A DNA stretch of 60,119 bases, taken from the NCBI GenBank assembly GCA_032718475.1, contig JAUCBJ010007483.1, positions 1 through 60,119 on the forward strand, read 5' to 3'. This document shows, one piece after another, positions 1 through 13,702 of the stretch. The notes under the pieces were generated by a model, which worked only from the letters and a program-made list of their open reading frames with translations, had not been told where the DNA came from and made no database searches. This stretch comes from Nemertoderma westbladi. Lineage: Eukaryota; Animalia; Xenacoelomorpha. Position 1 is the stretch's first letter; the number at the start of each line of letters is the position of its first letter. Position numbers and translations under genes: made by a program.

Positions 1-975
1 TGTGCAGCTACAGGTGGCACCTCCTTTATGCTGCATGGAGGTGGCAAGTTTTCTTGATCAATGACCTAGAATACCTGACCTGACCTGGCTACTACCTCTA
101 CAAACTTCCTGTGGGTGTCTAGATAGCCACCCTGCATAAAATTATCAGACAACTTTTTGAAATTTGTTCTCAATAAAATTTAATACTATTTATAACAAAC
201 CTAAAAAATTAGTATAAATTTGCAGCGCCACCTAGCGGTGCAGAATTATTTTCACAAAATTTCGCCTAATAGGTATGTTACCCCATCTTTGATCTATCAT
301 CTAAAAATTTCATGTGATTATCATGTTATTCACAACTGTAAAAGCCTTAGGGTTTTAAGTGCAACCAAGTTTTTTTGACCTGTCATGTAGATGAGCATCT
401 TATGTACCTATATTCCAAGTTATAGCCCAAACCAAAAAAAAATTTGAAACGCTGAGAGTGATAAATCGAAGAGTTGTCCGAAAATGGTGTACCGAACCGA
501 ACTTGCATGATATCATATTAAATTGTGCGAATTAAAATCGAAAATTGGTCTGCCCTTTTGGTGTAGCACTTCCCTATCCCCCCCCCCCCCCCCCCCCCGT
601 ATAACGTATTGTAATGACACACGCCGTTACGTACAGGTATATTGATCCGTGAATTAACCAACCAATCAGCTCACGGATCAATATTCCTGTTTTCATACAG
701 GAATTGTTGATCCATTCAGTAGGAGTTGTTCCCCAATTAATATTACTATCAAAGGAGTAGGTTAGTACTAACTGCGGTACTACCAATTCAAATGGCTTGT
801 CGATCTCATTCAAATCATTAGTTATGGTGGGCTGTGGAAAAACCCATTGTAATTTCAGGGACTGGCATCGAATCAAATCAAAAGAAATTTGTCGTTTTCG
901 ATTTCAATTTCCCATATGTGGGGGGCGGGGAGGGGGGGGGGGGGGGGGGATTCGCCACCCTCCTAATAGGATTAA

Positions 976-2124
976 TGTTCGCGCTTTCAAACCTTTAGCA
1001 GTTTAACCTGCCAAATTGGGATGTCTTCTAGATAATAGATCGTCTTTAGCCTATGACAAGTATTTGATACACTACATTAGCCGAAGCCAGTCTATGCGCG
1101 ATCATTCACCCGCTGGATATACCCGGGAGACTGGATTCGGAAGCCTAACCGTATTGCGGGGTAGGCCTACTGTATTATTCGACTGATCGAAATATATATA
1201 ATCTCTGACAAATATTATTCACTTTCGGGAAATATTAACAGTTCCTTTAGGACGTGGCGCTTTAAATATATAAACAGAGTTATGACTTAAACTAGACACA
1301 ACGGGATGGCTATAGATTCACGTATATGGCGCATTCTTTAGGAGATGCTTTGTTATCAGTCACGATCATACACAATACTGCACAATGCTGCACACTAATC
1401 TGCCGACCTTCACTAATTTTAGTCACATATAAGGAGAACAACAGACAATACATGTAGGGCCTATAAAATAGCATTAGATTCACTTCAAACCACTTAATGT
1501 AAGTCGCAATCGTTATATGTAACCGGTCTCTCTAACCTTTAGTATATCAAGAAGATTGGGGTGTCTGATTATTTATCAGTATTCCAAATATAATATTCCA
1601 TCAACAAATATAATGAATAACCGACAGTAAAAGCAGTAAAATGTTAAGGTATAAATTGATATGATCGATTTGGTTAGATAACGGATATACGTTCTATAAT
1701 TAAGCCTACTAATGTTGGGCTAAAGACTGAAACACGGAGGTTCCAAAGCCGGTGTTGTAGGCTGTGGACAAATCACATACTGACTCAACTCCACGAGTCT
1801 CTATACACAATCTCCAACACAGAGGCAAAAAACGCTCTGATTGGTCGACCGAACAAAGAAGGAACAGAGAACAAAGAACAAGCTCCACGTGTACAGCATC
1901 ACCATGGTAGCCATCGCCATGGTAGCTACACTGTTTACAGAGGATTTGGCGCATTGCGTCATAAAATTGCGAATCATGTCCGCTAAAGTACACATACAGA
2001 AGAAATAACTTTTATGTCCTCTAAAACACCAGTACAGTAAGGACACGGCTTTTTATGCCTGTTAAACCAACTACAGAGTACTTTACCGGGAAAATAACCG
2101 GCTAATTCCGCAAAAGCCTTTACA
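976..2124 (-). mobile_element. Solo LTR of the Bel/Pao-type family (variant C)
   Basis: TGT...ACA termini and 5-bp TSD ATTAA (971-975, 2125-2129). The left ~730 bp aligns with the LTRs at 9304 and 40613. Confidence 0.92.
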
Positions 2125-2559
2125 ATTAACATAGAAATCAATATTTATTTTATTTTATTATTTAATTATAATACCATACCAATACAAAACAATACCTCTA
2201 GTACACTTATATTTCGTGCATTTATTCGCAAACAAAAAAGCACGTTTCCACTTTTACTGGCTACTTTTTCTTTGTTTCTGATACTATATTTACTTCTTTT
2301 ATTTTCTAGAAGGCAAACTATCCCATTCAATTGGGATATAAATATTACCGGCACCACCGCGTGAAACATCTTGGTATTTATTGCTAGTTCAAAATATATT
2401 TTAGCGGTCAAAATGTTCTAGAAGGCCCTGATTTCAATGGTGTTAATTTGAGCTTTCTTGTGGATCTTATTAGTAATTAATTACATCTAACAATGTTTGT
2501 TGGATATGCTCGTGCTTATATTTAGCATTACTGGCTATTATCGGCCTACTGGTATATAT

Positions 2560-2599
2560 ATATATGCTGAGCGTAGAAAAGCGCTATATAAATAACCAA

Positions 2600-2625
<26 letters not shown>
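2560..2625 (+). mobile_element. Probable LINE/SINE 3' tail remnant
   Basis: aagcgctatataaat followed by an (ATT)n tail, resembling L2-clade 3' ends. Confidence 0.4.
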
Positions 2626-2630
<5 letters not shown>

Positions 2631-2794
2631 TCCAAATCCATAAAACCAAAATTAAATATAAAACTGCACCAGCATCCCACCACCAATCAGAACAAAACAA
2701 TTAAGGCAATAAAATTTAACATACAATTAATACAATCACCGAGGTGGCTGACTATACTATATCTCATTTTAATTTATTCGATATTTTATTTTAG

Positions 2795-3457
2795 ATCAAT
2801 GTAACTACACATCATGGTGGGTTTTGAACTTGAATAATGGTGGAAATGATAGACTAGATTCTCACAATGGTGAAATTGTTGGAACATTAAGCTACGTACC
2901 CGGACCAGGCGGTGTAGAAAACCAAGCGATAGACTTCACTAACGGTTACATATCAATCGCACATGATCAAAATGAGTTAACCTCAGAATCTCTTACAATG
3001 TTGGCCTTTATCAATACGCCTGGTCTAGGTGGCCCAATATTTGAGTTTTGCGACACTGTAAACGTTGGAACACATCTATGGATTTGGCCTGATCCTCGTC
3101 AATTGCACTATAATCCAATGTCGTCAACAGTTAAATTATTTCCCAACGCCATCACCACCAACGAATGGTATTTGGTTGCGGTTGGTGTGAGTGCTGCTAA
3201 TAAACAAACATTCCTCTACAGTCGAAGAGTTGATAGTGCAGATTACAGCAGAATGGAGTTTGACACTCCAAATACCCAGAGAGCAGCATTGGATAGCACT
3301 GTGAATCTGTATTTGGGGAAACGTATTAACAATCTCGCACCAGGGCAGATAAACTTCCCAGGCTACATCGCCCATGCTCGATATTACCCTTGTTCTCTCT
3401 CAGTGAAACAATTAGGAGAAGCATACGAGGAGCTCCTAAATTACACTACGTCTAACA
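2795..3457 (+). CDS. Host exon encoding a LamG/concanavalin-A-like (Laminin_G_3/pentraxin-like) domain
   Basis: Acceptor ttttattttag at 2784-2794 and donor gtgagt at 3458, both phase 1. The translation has jellyroll-type motifs (QAIDFTNGYISI, LTMLAFI, NEWYLVAV, LYLGKR, FPGYIAHARYYPCSLS). Confidence 0.8.
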
Positions 3458-3798
3458 GTGAGTTAACCAATAACGATTAAAATATTAAATAAAGATATAA
3501 ATAATGTAATGGTATTCCCACAGAGATAAAGATCAATCGTATATCTGGGAACTTTCCCTACAATTCGCTGTATTTCGCTCCTATTCCCTGTAAAACACCC
3601 GGAAAATAGTGAAAATATTGATCAGCAGGAAATTATGAATTATTAATTTATTATAGGAAATTATTATAATTGAACACATGTACTATACTAAATTGGTAAT
3701 CCTAAATGTACTCCTTAAGGGGATCAGTACAGGCATTTTTTCCATAATAACTACTATTAAGCCACGGTACCATTTTAGAACTCATCAGATTACTTAAG

Positions 3799-3987
3799 GC
3801 CGCGTTCACACTACCAAGTCAAAGTCAAAAGAAAATAAATATAGCTAGCTAGCAATAATTAACAATAATACATTATATAGGCCTAATACTATACATAATG
3901 GCGTTCTAGAAAAAAATTAATTTCTTGTTGTTTTTTTTACATTTTTTCTTTTGACTTTGACTTTGACTTTGACTCGGTAGTGTGAAC
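3799..3987. mobile_element. Harbinger/PIF-like MITE with damaged right end
   Basis: taa|ggccgcgttcacactacc...ggtagtgtgaac inverted ends with inverted (gtcaaa)/(tttgac) arrays. Confidence 0.55.
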
Positions 3988-4630
3988 TGTTCTTGCATTC
4001 CAGCCAGAATTTAATGGGCTTTCAGGTGAACCAATTTTTTTTTTAATTTAAATATTTTTTTCATATATTTAGCTTATTTTTTGAAAAATGGACCTAATTT
4101 TCAAAAAAAATAGCCGAAAAATTAGTGTCACAAACATTCAAATCACAATTCTGTGTTTATGCGTACATAATATAAAAAACTAATTGGTTTACGTTATTCT
4201 ACGGTAAAAAATGATCCTAGTGAGAAATTTTATAAGTCTATAACTCAAATAGCAGCTGAGAAAAATGTACCGAAAAAAATTGACAAATAAATACATTTTG
4301 AGAAAAATCCAGTTCAAATTTGTACCTTCCCGCGCAAAAACTGTCTGTTATTATGAATTAATTTCTGTCAATATATACATAGCAAAAAGAAAAGGTCAAA
4401 CCACCTCAGAGGGACAAACCAGCTAGTGAGGCTAGCAGCAGGGGGTGACACCAAGACGTCACCTTCAAGGCAGAACCCCCTAAGTCGATTTTTGTAGTTC
4501 TGAGATAATCGATAAAAACTGTTTATTTTTTAGAGAGATGCCTCAGTTTACTTGTTATTGTGTTTTTTGATAACTAAATATATATAGAATTTATATAACT
4601 AAACTTTCAATTTAATTTAGAATTACCTTT

Positions 4631-4820
4631 GAAATATATTGCGGTTTTTTTGTAAAAATTCGGACTTATGGTGTTTTGCCAAAACAAAGGGGAACACCAT
4701 TTTCTGGTATTATCCCGTAACTATACGATAGTTGCGGGGTATTGCCTAGAAAACAAGGTATCCTCAATTAGGCAAAACACCATAAGTCCGAATTTTTACA
4801 AAAAACACGCAAAATATATC
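4631..4820. repeat. ~190-bp imperfect palindrome
   Basis: tgtaaaaattcggacttatggtgttttgcc pairs with ggcaaaacaccataagtccgaatttttaca, centred near 4726. Confidence 0.9.
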
Positions 4821-5964
4821 AAATAGTAGCCAAGGCGTATCGTACGTCCTTAATAATTTAGTGCGTAGTGCGCACGTAATACATGTGCGCATTTGTTATT
4901 AGCTAATACGTGCTATCTAATATGTTAACTAGCACATGATCAGGTGTTAGTATTACCTGTAAACGCAATAATAACAAATAATCACATAACACACTTGCGC
5001 ACATGTTGGAAATTTTTGAATTCAAAATTCTAAAGGGCTCCATAAGTTTTTGATATTTTGGTATTAATTGCTTCTAAAATAAGTACGGGACTGTAGTTAG
5101 AATCATGTATCAATACAAATTGAACAAAATGTAGCCAAATGCAGAACTATAAGAACAAAATTTAGATTCAAGAAAGCGGAACTCTAAGTACAAAATATAG
5201 CCATGTGGTACTCTACAGTAAGAACAAAGTCTAGCTACAGGGTTACAGCTACGTTAAAGTTAAAGTAAAGTTAACTTACAGTACGTCATGTCGAATAATT
5301 AAAGACCTGTTTTTTCTACAGTACATTTTGAGCAACTCTATCAGCAACTTAGTGAGCATGTCAGGTTGCCGATCAAGTTGCTCTATGTAAACGCGAAGTT
5401 TGTTGCTATAAAATATGCCTCATATAACGGAGACTAAAAGTTAATGTTACTCAAATTAAGTTGCTAGTTGCTGACCAAATTGTCCAAAACGTCCGGCAAC
5501 CTAGAGTAACTTATATCAACTTGGACACAAACATTAAATGATGGACAGATATTTATCAGCGCCACAAACATTAATGTGGGACAAACATTAATTGCTTGCA
5601 TATATACCTTTTCCCTTCAACTGTCTTTGTTAGCTAATTAAATAGATTCATTTGGTAATGTAAATTAAATTTCACTGTATGTTGCTACATTATATTATTT
5701 TTATTTTTTATGTTTATTGATGTGCCTTCTATTTTGTGGCTTGGTTGTGAGTCAGCGCGCCCGTCGGTCTAGTATATTTTTATTTTATAAAGTTTATTGT
5801 TTACCATATATTTACAACTGTCACTCCTAGCAACACTAATCTGATATAATAACTAAGCTGGATATAGGGCCTTATCTGTCCGAATTGTTATTGTTATTGT
5901 CAATTGTCATAATGTGACCCTGTTAAGCTTAATTCAATATACAGTCCTACCGCTAGAGAAAAAA

Positions 5965-6560
5965 CATTAATCAGGGGGACAAACATTAATGTGGGACATA
6001 AACATTGATGTGGGATACAAACATTAATGAGGGACACAAACATTAATGAGGGACACAAACATTAATGTGGGACATAAACATTGATATAGGACACAAACAT
6101 TAATGAGGGACACAAATATTAATGAGGGACACAAATATTAATGAGGGACACAAACATTAATGAGGGACACAAACATTAATGAGGGACACAAATATTAATG
6201 AGGGACACAAATATTAATGAGGGACACAAATATTAATGAGGGACACAAACATTAATGAGGGACACAAACATTAATGAGGGACACAAATATTAATGAGGGA
6301 CACAAATATTAATGAGGGACACAAACATTAATGAGGGACACAAACATTAATGAGGGACACAAACATTAATGAGGGACACAAATATTAATGAGGGACACAA
6401 ACATTAAAGAGGTACACACACATTAATGAGGGACACAAACATTAATGAGATATACAAACATTAATGAGGGACACAAACATTAATGAGGTACACAAACATT
6501 AATGAGGGACACAAACAATAAACGAGGGACAGATATCAATCAAGGGCACAAACATTAATC
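5965..6560 (+). repeat. 19-bp minisatellite (gggacacaaacattaatga), about 30 copies
   Basis: Direct periodicity. Stray units lie at 5523-5590 and inverted units at 7145-7205. Confidence 0.95.
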
Positions 6561-7994
6561 ATGTGCACTATCGCCCTTCGCATTTAGTATGATTCATGTT
6601 ACCACCCATACACATACAATATATTACAGTATTACAATTCCCATTACTGTCAAGCAATAAAATAACAACAATAAATAATAACATATTAATCTGACCAAAC
6701 TAATAAACTATGTTATTACCAATTGAAGGAAAGGATCAGGTTACAGAGATGGTTTTTCTAACCAAAACAATAAACGATGTTGTTACTAAAAAGGGAAGGA
6801 GTAGGAGTTAAAAAATGATGAACATGAGGGGGAGACAGGAATGGGGGGAGGGGGGGGGGGGGGCATGGATGGTGGTGGTAGGAGGTAAATTGAAAATATG
6901 GGGGTATAACAGCCGGGGGGGGGGGGGGGCTGTAGCAGCAAAACAGGCAGCTGAACAACGTAACCGAACGTCGCTTTCAATTAATTTCCATCTAATTAGG
7001 AAGATGGAATGTATAAAAAACGGCGGTACTTTGATCGAAGCTCACGTTCCCATGGTAGTATTTTTTCCAGTTAATCACTTAATATCTGATCGTCTGATGG
7101 AAAGCATCACCATCGCTCATATTAATATCCATGGGCAACCATTGACCCCTATTAATGTTTTGTGTCCCACATTAATGTTTGTGTCCCTCGTTAATATTTG
7201 TGTCCTGGCCGCAATACAAACCAGTATATAAATGATAAATTACGGGGTTTTGCCAGGCTATTGTTTCTGATTTAAGGGGTTTTACAGGTTGTTATTTCTG
7301 ATTTAAGGGGTTTTGCCAGGTGGACTGAATTTCATATACTTGAATTTACGGTGTTTTGCAAGCCAATTATTGACTTGTGGGGTTCTGCCTCGAAGTGGGC
7401 ATAAGTTACGGGGAACTGTCTTTGGCTTATAACTCAAAAATGGATGGTAGAAAAGCTTCGGGGTTCTGCCAGACGAAAAAGCCGATATCGAATTACCCAA
7501 AAAGTCAAAAACATGAAAATCGAAAAAAATCGACTTAGGGGGTTCTGCCTTGAAGGTGACGAAGAGGGAGTGGCGAGACGAGAATTAATAGTTAAGCCAA
7601 TAGCTGGCAAGGAAGTAGATTGGGAGGATAGGAGCGCATCCATTGGGTACCAGAGGCCACACAGTAGTGTAGGGCTGAAACCAATATGTGTCAATTATAT
7701 AATCACTCTAATTACTGATTTCCGGTCAGTTGATTTCCTCACGGTTGCAGACCGGCATAGTTTTTAACCGTCGTCATTTATATTGTTGCTGCTAGTATAC
7801 TGTTATATATTATCTCATAATTAACAGTCTGACTGTGCTATTATCGCTGTGATCATTAATACTGAGAAACGAATTACATTATTTTCCATCGGCCTCGGGA
7901 AAAGATATTATCCAGCCCAGTCCAGCAGCCCAGCGACAAAGCGACGTATACGATATATACCGGTCGGGAGTTGAACTGCATCACTCCCGTCACA

Positions 7995-8729
7995 TTGTTT
8001 TTTCCTTTTTTCCTAGGCAGGAGAGGACTAAACAGCCATTTATAGTAATCATATCATTTTTAAATATTTTCCAATATATTTTACGCCCCCGAATACCTGT
8101 ATTGAAAAACAATTAGCCGAAAAATGTAACTTTCACTGTACATTTTTTCAAATTTTTTTTTGGTCGGATCCAGACTAGTGATACCTACCTACAAACAAAA
8201 CATAAGACGTTTTCGTAAATATTTGTAGATTTCTAGAGGGGGGGGGGGGGGGGGGGGGGGGTCAATATGACCCCGTCCCGGTATTTGTACAACATTTTAT
8301 AGCCCGGTACTAATAGGGTTAATTAAACTCCCATTACCATAGCAACTGGAGTTTTCTAGAACTGCTCGGTTTTACATCAAGATCCGGTTTATGATTCCAG
8401 GTGACATATATCGACTTCAATGCAGTTTTATTGAGTAGTTTATGTACAAAATAAATTATTGATTTGTTAAAACGTCTGTTTGGAGTGGTTGTCATGGAAA
8501 CTGGGAAATAGAGGAGATTGTCTTTTTCTAACTATTATGGTTTTGCTACAAATAGAGATAATATGAGTATAGACTTGAATGATATAGAATTAAATATACT
8601 CCCAGTTACCATGGTAACTATATATTTCTGGAATGTTTTGAGTTTCACTAAAAGTGTTTTAGTGAGTTTCACATGCCCAGTTTCGTAAAAATTTATCGCA
8701 AAGTCTATGTCCAAATGAGTTATTTTTGT
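7995..8729 (+). repeat. Duplicated junction: piggyBac-like right end plus flanking GTTACCATGGTAAC-containing repeat
   Basis: Near-identical to 27016-27792 across the taatagggttaa boundary, with small deletions. Confidence 0.85.
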
Positions 8730-9303
8730 TTAGCAGTAAGATTAGGCCGTAAGAATATACTCTGGAGTGTCAAGCCTCTCACACTACGTTTTAAGTAGCT
8801 TAGGGAGCCGATTCGGGTTTATTGTTTTGGTTATTCCCGCGTGGCTCATATATTCGAACAGTTAGCTCTCCATCGAGCGATCGGTAGAGAAAGGAACAAG
8901 CGATTTGCAGGAGCCGTATAAAAATTAGTAAAATATATTAGCGGACGGCAGGTTAGCGCCATCCAACGGTAAGTAGCGGTTTTGTATTTAGCAGTCCTAC
9001 AGTAGTAATAGCGCGCTCCTGATCACCCCCTGTTTAACAGTAAAGTACGTTCTGTTTTATTCACTGTTACTTCGTACAGTGAAGCACGTCTTTGTGTCCT
9101 TATCGGTTAGGCATGGGGTGGCCTGTTTAACACAGTTGCTACCGGTAAACTCTATTCCTCTTACCTCATTAATCAAGAAGATTGAGGGGTTTATGATTAT
9201 TTATCGGTATTCTCCAAATATAACATCAGTATCCATTAATATAACAACAATTAATACTATAAAACAGAAGTAAAATAGTGCGGTGATTCAGTAATATGCA
9301 GTC

Positions 9304-10579
9304 TGTACGCGCTTTTGAAGACCTTTAGCAGTTTAACCTGCCAAAATTTATATGTCTTTTGGTTTATAAATATACTTTAGAAGATGACAAATATTTAATA
9401 CCAATAAACACAACATTAGCAGAAGCCAGCCTAGTGCGCGTCCATTCACCCGCTGGATATTCCCGGGAGACTGGATTCTGAGGGCTTAGATTATTATTGC
9501 AGTGTAAGCTTACTGTACTGTATTATTCGATTGATCGTTAATAATTAATTTCTGACTAATATTATTCACTTTCGGGAAATATTAACAGTTCCTCTAGGAC
9601 GTGGCGCTCTATCTAAGTAAACAGAGATATGACTTATACTAATCACAACGGTAAGTCGGTAAGGCTTAAGATTCACGTATGAGGCGCATTCTTTAGGAAA
9701 TGCTTAGTTATCAGTCACAATCAGGCACACTACCGGTAACATACAATACTGCTCACTAATTTGCCGACCGTCAATGAATTTTATCATATATAAAGAGAAC
9801 AGCAATGGACCAATGTAGTGCTTATCAAATAGCATTAAATTCACTACAAACCACAACAATATAAGTCGCAATCGCTATATATAACCCGTCTCTCTAACCT
9901 GTAGTGTATCAAGAAAATTGGGAAATTTGGGTTCTTTATATATGTTCTCCAAATAATGTTCAACCAAACACAATAGTAAACAGCAGTATAATAATGTATA
10001 TTGAACCGATAATATAAAAATAGAAACCAGTTGATATGAATTGATATATGATGTGGACTGTTATGAACTGATAACAGTTATACGCTCTATAATTTAAGCC
10101 TACTAATGTTACTTCTAAAGTATGAAACGAATTGATTCTAGAGCCGTTGTTCCTGGCCTAGATAGCAAAAACACAAAGTATCAAGAAAAAACAGTAAGAC
10201 TGAACACTCTCCTTATGATCGGCCGAAAAGCTACACGTCGACAGGAAAAATCGCTCTGATTGGCTCAAGCCAAACAAAGAACCATGCGTCCAATGGCTGT
10301 TTCCATGTCAGCAACCAGCTGTTAGATGTCGTAATATGAATCATCACGGCTAAGCTGTGAAAGGTATTTGGTGCATTGCAGGTTTTTTGCCTTACCATGT
10401 CCGCTAAAACACGTATATAGCAGAATGACTTTTATGTCCGTTAAAACACCTGTAACGGTACCTTGCGGGCGAGGGGAATATATATACAGTTAGAGAACCT
10501 TTTTAGAGTATTCCAGCGCCTGGGGGGAAACTGGATTGCGAAGCAAAAGGGCCAGTTATATCCCACAGAAGCTTTTACA
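9304..10579 (-). repeat. 3' LTR of element 1 (1276 bp)
   Basis: Nearly identical to 22249-23531. Preceded on the minus strand by a short purine-rich tract GGGAGCGG (10580-10587). Confidence 0.95.
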
Positions 10580-10657
10580 CCGCTCCCAGAAAATGGGATT
10601 TGAGTCTATAAAATATACAAAATCACAGTTTCTAATATACGTAAATACTCTAAACAG

Positions 10658-13600
10658 TTAGTCTTTCTTGCGCGGATGGCGTTTACGCAGTTTTTTAAAG
10701 CTAGCCAGAGTCCTTTTCTCTTTGGGGCGAGCCACTTTACAAGGAGGGCTATAACTCCTGGGTGAAGGGTGCAATATGATTGCATCAGAGGGTGTAGGAT
10801 TATGGTCGGTGTATCCGCCAGTCGAAGTAGCGGGTTGATTGACATCAACGTCAGGTGAGAGGGGTCTAACGGCTTTGAGAGCTCGTTTCAAGACAGCCGC
10901 TCTTACGGGTCCTTTACGAGTGGTCTGAACGAGGGCCGTGGGTGGACCATAGGCAGTTAGAAACTTCCGGGGTTTAATGGTCCTTTCCAACTCGCGTTCG
11001 CGGGCTCGGTATTCGTAAGGCCTTCGATGTACTTCCTGCAACTCGGGGTGTGAGTTAACAAACAAGTCTCCATAGTCCGGATCCTGACGGATATAATTGA
11101 TTAAGTTATAGGAATGAAGGTCGCTAGGATTAACACTCCTGAGAAATTTGCGTACGAATTTAGTTGAAATACATTATCCGACGCGCTTCAGTAGCTCGTA
11201 ACTTGATATGCGTGATTTCTGTTCAACAGAAGCGAATAGATAAGGATGGAACGCATAAACTCCTTCGTAAGCGCGTCCGGGATAATAGCGATGGCGCGAA
11301 TCACAATGTAAATCAGCGTTCGCTTCCCAAGCTCTGATGTAACGCAGTGTGATCATTTCATCTACGCTTTCCAAATCGTGATTAAAAGGGCAGTCAAAAC
11401 TAGCATGTCCCTTTAGTTGACAATGGTGACATTGAGTCATAAATTGAGGGCAAACCGCAAAGATATGCAGGTTATTGAGTCTGCAATATGCGCAATAAAT
11501 TTCCATAGTCGGTTGTTCTTGGAAATAGGAACAGCGGACGTTGGTGTCCATGGGCGTATCGTGGTCTCTCGATGCGCATAACCGACAACGTTGCCTAGAA
11601 ACATAGTTGGCATGTCGATAATCGTACGCAGTGAGACACTGTGGACCTTGATACCATTCTATGATGTAATCGTTGTCGCTGTTCCGGGGCGCGATAGGCT
11701 GAATCTCTTCAGATTCTAGACATATTGGATCGTCTTCCAAGTGCATAGCTGAAGTTGGCGCGTCTGTCTCTTCAGGTGGACCTATTGTCTGAATTTCCAC
11801 GACAGAATAACCTGTGGGGATTCGAAGTCTTTGTATAACAGAGGAGTGCAAGTTCGATATACAAATCTCTTTGAAAATGGCGAATCCAGCGCTATCCAAC
11901 TTCTCTGCAGCTGAGTTTCTTAGGCTGAGTTTGGTCAAAGCGCGGTCTTTAAATTGGCTATCCACGTTGCGGAACGGGGTTAAAAATCTCTGGAAACATT
12001 CGAAACGGATGAATTTATTATGTTCATCTAGCTTAGCGAGTTTGGTCCCAAGTATTAATGGATGGGCGCGTATAGTACGACTGCACACATCGGCTAGCCA
12101 ACCGGCAAGTGCGGTGTTTTCAAAGATCGTGTATATAGCTAAGGAGGGACGGAGTGGAACACTCATGAAGCTATACACGGCGCCAGGTGCGGTCAATGGT
12201 CCATCAAAGTATAATCGAGAATAATGGTCTCCGTATACCTGTTGATAGTTAATGGGATTTCCGACTTTGAAATTCCATCCGTATTCCTGAAAGGCAAGAT
12301 GTCCGATGGAAGTTCGTTGCACCTTGGTAATGTTGCTAGACGTATTAGCATACATGGTGCGGAAGAAACCTCGACCTTCTGCCCAGGGAGCAATCAGCTG
12401 AGCATCAACGAAAGGGTATGGAATGTTCTCCATGTTCCTGTAGGATGACTAATATGTTTTCCGCCATTGATGGTAGTGGTAGAGAGCAGGGGAAGGCCTA
12501 TGTCGTATTAAGAAATATTCAGAAATACGATCTCAGTAGGAGGATTCAATCGTTCGAAGACTATCTCTAGATGAATTTATCCCTAGCGAGGAGGTAAATA
12601 CCAGTTCAAGGATATGTTTGTCTCAGTTGTTCTACATAAGATTTCTTTCTCCAATCATTGAGGAAGGTGAACAACCAGATTTATGACACATAATGGTACC
12701 AGTTGTTCACAAACTATCCTCGTGTCCTTTCAGTCCTTGTTTGTATCACTGTTGCGGACTTAAGGAAATTATTGGTGGTTGATTTTCTAATCAACAACGC
12801 GAGGGTGGAAGTTGATATCATAAATATCAACAGAATGTGAAATGTGACATGGACGAGAGGTGTGGACACCAATATGAGCATACAAATAAACAGTAAGGGG
12901 TGGGGGATTTATTAGGAGGCGGTATGATCCATACCACGATACGGCAATGATTGGTCGATCGTCTCCCAAAGCTCCGAGCACATTGGGAAGAGAAGGTGGT
13001 CGAAGTATGCTATATTTTCGATAGCGATGTATAGAGGGATAAAGGGAGTAAAGAGGAGGGAGGATATATGGTAGTATCCATAAGATACCACAATGGACAT
13101 GTTTCCGTCACATCATCATTCATTCTTGCCCTTTAATTGTGATACTGATCACAATAATTACAGGAAAACGATGAAGGAAGAGAAATTACAGCCTCCCGAA
13201 GGAGACCGCCCGCGAGCACCCGTGCCCCGGGGAAAAACTATTCACATCATGGACCCTAGACATTAACCCATGTCTCTTCTCCAGTGTTCTCCTCTATTTG
13301 TCTTTACAAGTTTTCTTCCACGTTCTATCTTTCGAGTTGTTCTCGAATAGAATTCTCGCGTTCCATTCTCGGTTTATCGTTACGACTCCGCTGGGTATGA
13401 TATTTAAATAGAACCATTTCCCTTTCTGTATCTACATCGTCCATATCATGTAAGTCGATGGGATGGCCAGTCGTTAGGAAGTCCATATACGTACCATTAC
13501 GATTCGTATAGCGAGTGGTGAATTTTCGATAGTCCAATTCACGCGCAAGTTGCTCTTGGGACATCGGCGGTTCGATATAACGACCATCGTCCTCCGTAAT

Positions 13601-13702
13601 GGTTGGATCGGCTTCACCGCATATCAAGCTATCCCCAAATACTTGTAAAGGTAGAGTATATCGCTCCCTGATACCAAGATCATCTTCTATCAACTCCGTC
13701 AT
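10658..13702 (-). pseudogene. Element 1 accessory ORF2: Cys/His-rich zinc-knuckle protein with basic C-terminus, interrupted
   Basis: ORFs 13325-13702, 11174-12433 and 10658-11065 share one frame. The TAA at 11174 is GAA in element 2. Motifs include CHHCQLKGHASFDC (CX2CX4HX4C), CAYC and CRLC, and the end KKLRKRHPRKKD. Confidence 0.75.

Larger units (their letters stand above)
4457..7561. mobile_element. Non-autonomous TIR DNA transposon, ~37-bp TIR and 4-bp TSD (superfamily uncertain, possibly Sola)
   Basis: cgtcaccttcaaggcagaaccccctaagtcgattttt at 4457 and its exact reverse complement ending at 7561. TSD AAGA at 4453-4456 and 7562-7565. Confidence 0.85.

Noticed and set aside
4346-7994. Possible solo LTR (tgtt...gtcaca) split by the 4457-7561 element
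   Set aside because: No matching TSD and no second copy in the window.
11174-12433. Envelope gene
   Set aside because: No signal peptide, TM segment or fusion-protein motif is visible, and it has zinc-knuckle motifs instead.
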